In this document: positions 60,789 to 64,000 of the stretch, piece after piece
How the letters are laid out: each line of letters starts with the position of its first letter
How positions within the stretch are numbered: position 1 is the stretch's first letter
NCBI RefSeq assembly: GCF_001447785.1
Contig: NW_015169792.1
Coordinates: 529,564-593,563, forward strand
Direction of reading: 5' to 3'
Source: Gekko japonicus
Lineage: Eukaryota
Length of the DNA: 64,000 nt
Program-made: the position numbers and the translations under genes
The notes under the pieces: model-generated
What the model was told of the DNA's origin: nothing
The model's database searches: none
The model's input: the letters and a program-made list of their open reading frames with translations, nothing else

Positions 60789-61877
60789 GTTCTAACTTTT
60801 TTACAAGCTGCATTGAGTGTGTCACTGACAAGCTGATTATAAACGTTTCAATAAACGCAAGAGCTTTCTTCACAGCAGCAGAAGCATTTGAAGCACTGTC
60901 CTCCACTGTAGCTTCTGTCCCTTGCTGTATTTCTTAGTATCGCTCGGTTTGATCCTTCCAACTTTTCTGCTAGTGCGAAAAAGGGGAAGGAGTGATCTCA
61001 TCTGATTCCCTGCTTTGCTACTGCCCTGTCCCATATGGCTTTTTGTCTACATACGATCCGTGGTCCCTGGCATAGCCTTTTCAAGTTAAAAGAGGCCCCT
61101 TCCCCATCTTACACAAGTGGAAACCTGTTAGGTTCCAACCCAGTGATTATAGGTCAAGTAAAAAGACCAGTTCACCCCTTTTAACCTGTATCCTGCAACT
61201 TTAGCATGTGACCAGCCCCTCCTCCTCCCATCTTCTCAAACTGAGCACAGACAGGACTTGATAAAGAGAGAACCTTGGGAGGAACAAACTAAACTCAATG
61301 AAAATTCAGCAAAGGGGAATTCCAAAAGGCCAAACAAAAGAAAGTGGACAACAGTTGACTCATGTAAAGCATTGCCCTAAATTCAATGCAGAGTTGCAGA
61401 CAATGCATAGATGCCTGGTTTTCCTTCCTGTGTGCTATGGGTCACTGCAATCCTGCTCACAGTTTGGCTGTACTCCCGCTGGCTGCAGCCTAATCGGATA
61501 CAGCAGTGACACCCATGTACTTAGCAACTGAGAAAAATCTCTTCTCCAGCAGTTCTGCTCTCCTGTGGCTCTTCCTCAGGCTAAAAATCATCTTTGCTGC
61601 CACAGTAAAAACTGACACAGAAGACCCAGCAAGTGGAGAAGGTCTGCCCTGTTCCAGGTTCTGCAACAGTGTCCGTGTGATTCCATTGGTCTGTCTTACA
61701 TCTTACAGTTCGTTCTTCAGTGAAGTGAGGGTAATTTTTTTCAAAGGACTGTATTTTGTTAATTAAAACCCTTTCTATCACTTCTCCATTTGCTTCTAAA
61801 TATTTTGTTACTCTTTTTATGAGTGGACATTCTGGTATTCCATCTGTATGTTCATGACCAAAGCAATTATTATATAG

Positions 61878-62112
61878 GGGAGTTCGGTGAAGTGGTTCAG
61901 AGGCTGAGCGAGGAATCCGGGGGAAGACCACTCAACTATCACTTCCACTATGAATTTAGCAGGTGGCCATAGGCAAGCCCCTTTCCCTCAGCTTCCGCCT
62001 ATTGTCTGCAATGTATAAAAACAACACTGACCTATCTTGCTGAGTTAATATGGGGATTACCAGAAGAAAATATGTATGAAGTACTTCGAGCACTCTAAAG
62101 CATTACATAATG
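61878..62112 (+). mobile_element. MIR-like CORE SINE (old)
   Basis: Degenerate A box GGTGAAGTGGTTCAGAG, CORE-like ..GGCAAGCC..CTCAGCTTCC..CTGCAATG, MIR-like tail ATATGTATGAAGTACTT. Confidence 0.6.
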
Positions 62113-62226
62113 GGATACTAATGTCTCATGTAAGTTTAGCCTACTTTTTAACAATATGTTTAATTTTCTATTTTCTCCCCCCCCTCCAATTCACATTGGA
62201 ATGAAAAATGTTGTATATTTGGATTA

Positions 62227-62515
62227 AGAGCCAGTTTGGTATAGCGGTTAGGAGTGTGGATGCTAATCTGGGAGAACCGGGTTTGATTCCCCAGTCCTCC
62301 ACATACAGCTGCCGGTGTGACCTTGGGTCAGTTACGAGTTCTCTTAGAGCTGTTCTCTCACGAGCAGTTCTCAAAAGAGCTCTCTTAGCCGCACCTACCT
62401 CGCAGGATATCTGTTGTAGAGAGTGGAAGGGATAGGAGATTGTAAACCACTCTGAGACTCCTTCAGGTAATGAAGGGTGGCATATAAATCGAATCTCTTC
62501 TTCTTCTCTTCTTCT
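62227..62515 (+). mobile_element. Squam3-like SINE
   Basis: AGAGCCAGTTTGGTATAGCGGTTAG..GGTTTGATTCC..(CTT)n. Confidence 0.9.
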
Positions 62516-62719
62516 TAAATATGATCAAGGTCATGTGTATTCTGTGGTTCTACAACTGTAGCTGAGCAAATTAAGAGACCTGAATTTGCTGCAGATGCCA
62601 GCACCCTGAAAAAAATCAGCTTTGCTTTTTTGGGGAAAAAAATCAAGTTTCTAGTCCACATCACTATAGAGATAGACCTGAAAATATGTTGACAATGCCT
62701 GCTGAAATCTCGGGAAACT

Positions 62720-62945
62720 GTTTCTTTGTTTGCTTGCTTGCTTTGTACTCTCCAGTGGGGACCCAAAGTGGCTTATAACATTCTCCTCTCCTTCATTTTA
62801 TCCTCACAACAAGAACCCTGTGAAGTACGTTAGGCTGAGAGTATGTGACTAGCACAAAGTCACCCAGCAAGCTTCCAGAGCAGAGTGGGGATTCAGACCT
62901 CTGTCTCTCAGATCCTAGTCCAGCATACTCACCATTACACCATGC
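62720..62945 (-). mobile_element. Older Squam3-like SINE
   Basis: Homologous to 39232-39428. Confidence 0.7.
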
Positions 62946-63704
62946 TAGTTAACCAATAACCTAAATCAGAGCTCAGAAAGCAGAGCCACTAAACATTCTT
63001 TTTGACGAAAAAAAGGATCTCATAAAGTTCCTCCCTGCCTCTGGGATGTATGCAATTCCCAGTAGTGGTTTTTAAAGTGAGGTGGAACACATGCAACCGT
63101 GAAGCACAACTAGTGTTAAATTTCAGGGTCAGAACTGCATCAGTCTGCAAATCATAACACGGGATGAGATTTGAAAGATAAATTTTGGGCCTTATCTGAA
63201 TCATGACATTTATTTGTCTACAGGGATTTATGTGAGAACTTAACAGCTTCTGAGACTAGAAGTGATTTCTGATCATTAGAATCTATTTTATCCATTAGCA
63301 ATGCCTCATCCAATCTGGAAGCCAAATCAATCTTTGGGGGGGGGGAACACAGGAAGTTAATTGATTTGCTCCCAATAACAGTAAAGATTTTGCTTCAAAA
63401 GCCTCTCTACTCTTTAACCTTATTTGAACATTATTGGCTCTGATGATTAGAAAAGCCATATATATATTCTTGACACTCCTCCTTTACCTCACTCCCTGTC
63501 CATTCGGACCTTCTAAGGGCATCCTGTTGAAAATGTGCCTGTTTTCTAAGGTGTGGTAAATGGTAATAAATTCTTTCTTGCTGATGGGCCATCCAGTTGG
63601 GGAATTCCTTGCCAAGGAAGGCTCTTTTGTCCAGCTGCCATTGACATTGCCTGATTTCAACAGACTCGGCCGTTACCTTTTTTGACTGGAGAAGAATCAA
63701 TCTA

Positions 63705-63900
63705 TCCCATTCCTTATACTGAATAAGACCATTGGTCCATCAAGGTCAGTATTGTCTAGTCTGACTGGCAGTGGCTCTCCAGGGTCTCAAGAAGAGGTCT
63801 ATCACATCACCTACTGCCTATTCCTTTTAACTGGAGATGTTGGGGTCTGAATTTGGGACGTTTTGCATGCCAAGAAGATGCACTACCACTGAGCCACAGC
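63705..63900 (-). mobile_element. Squam2-like SINE
   Basis: Reverse-complement head GCTGTGGCTCAGTGGTAGTGCATCTTCTTGGCATGC; body as at 45466. Confidence 0.8.
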
Positions 63901-64000
63901 GGTTGAATGACTGCAGTTTCACATGAGAGTTTTGTATTGTGTTTGTATACATTTTAACCACTTGTGGAACTTTGACTGGGAAGGGTGCTGTACATTTAAG

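Noticed and set aside
61581-61931. ORF beginning FPRIPRSASEPLHR, resembling the RAF kinase C-terminal 14-3-3 site
   Set aside because: The motif is the antisense reading of a MIR-like SINE head, and the rest of the ORF has no kinase similarity.
63431-63700. Possible minus-strand exon (TTCTTCTCCAG acceptor, GAG/GTAAAG donor, open frame)
   Set aside because: No recognisable protein, a weak pyrimidine tract abutting a SINE, and no partner exons; it needs RNA-seq or conservation evidence.

Overview
Vertebrate genomic DNA, almost certainly a squamate reptile and probably a gecko (inferred from the SINE content). I found no convincing host protein-coding exon; the window reads as a gene desert or large intron. 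It is densely filled with transposable elements: CR1 and L2 LINE fragments, Squam2- and Squam3-like tRNA SINEs, 5S-derived SINEs, RTE/Bov-B tails, many hAT and Harbinger-like MITEs, a decayed Mag-clade Gypsy (LTR + tRNA-Ser PBS + gag), a probable solo LTR, and Penelope-like remnants. There are also several local tandem duplications, two N gaps, and repeat-free motif-rich blocks that look like enhancers. The most notable object is a complete 2.2-kb retroelement at 14544-16744 (-). It has an L1-type 5'UTR, a single L1 ORF1p-like gene, AATAAA plus an A-rich tail, a perfect 20-bp TSD and no ORF2. This is a 'half-L1' (HAL1-like) architecture, inserted in the ORF1 of a near full-length CR1. Family names come from recalled consensus features, not from database searches; coordinates were counted by eye.
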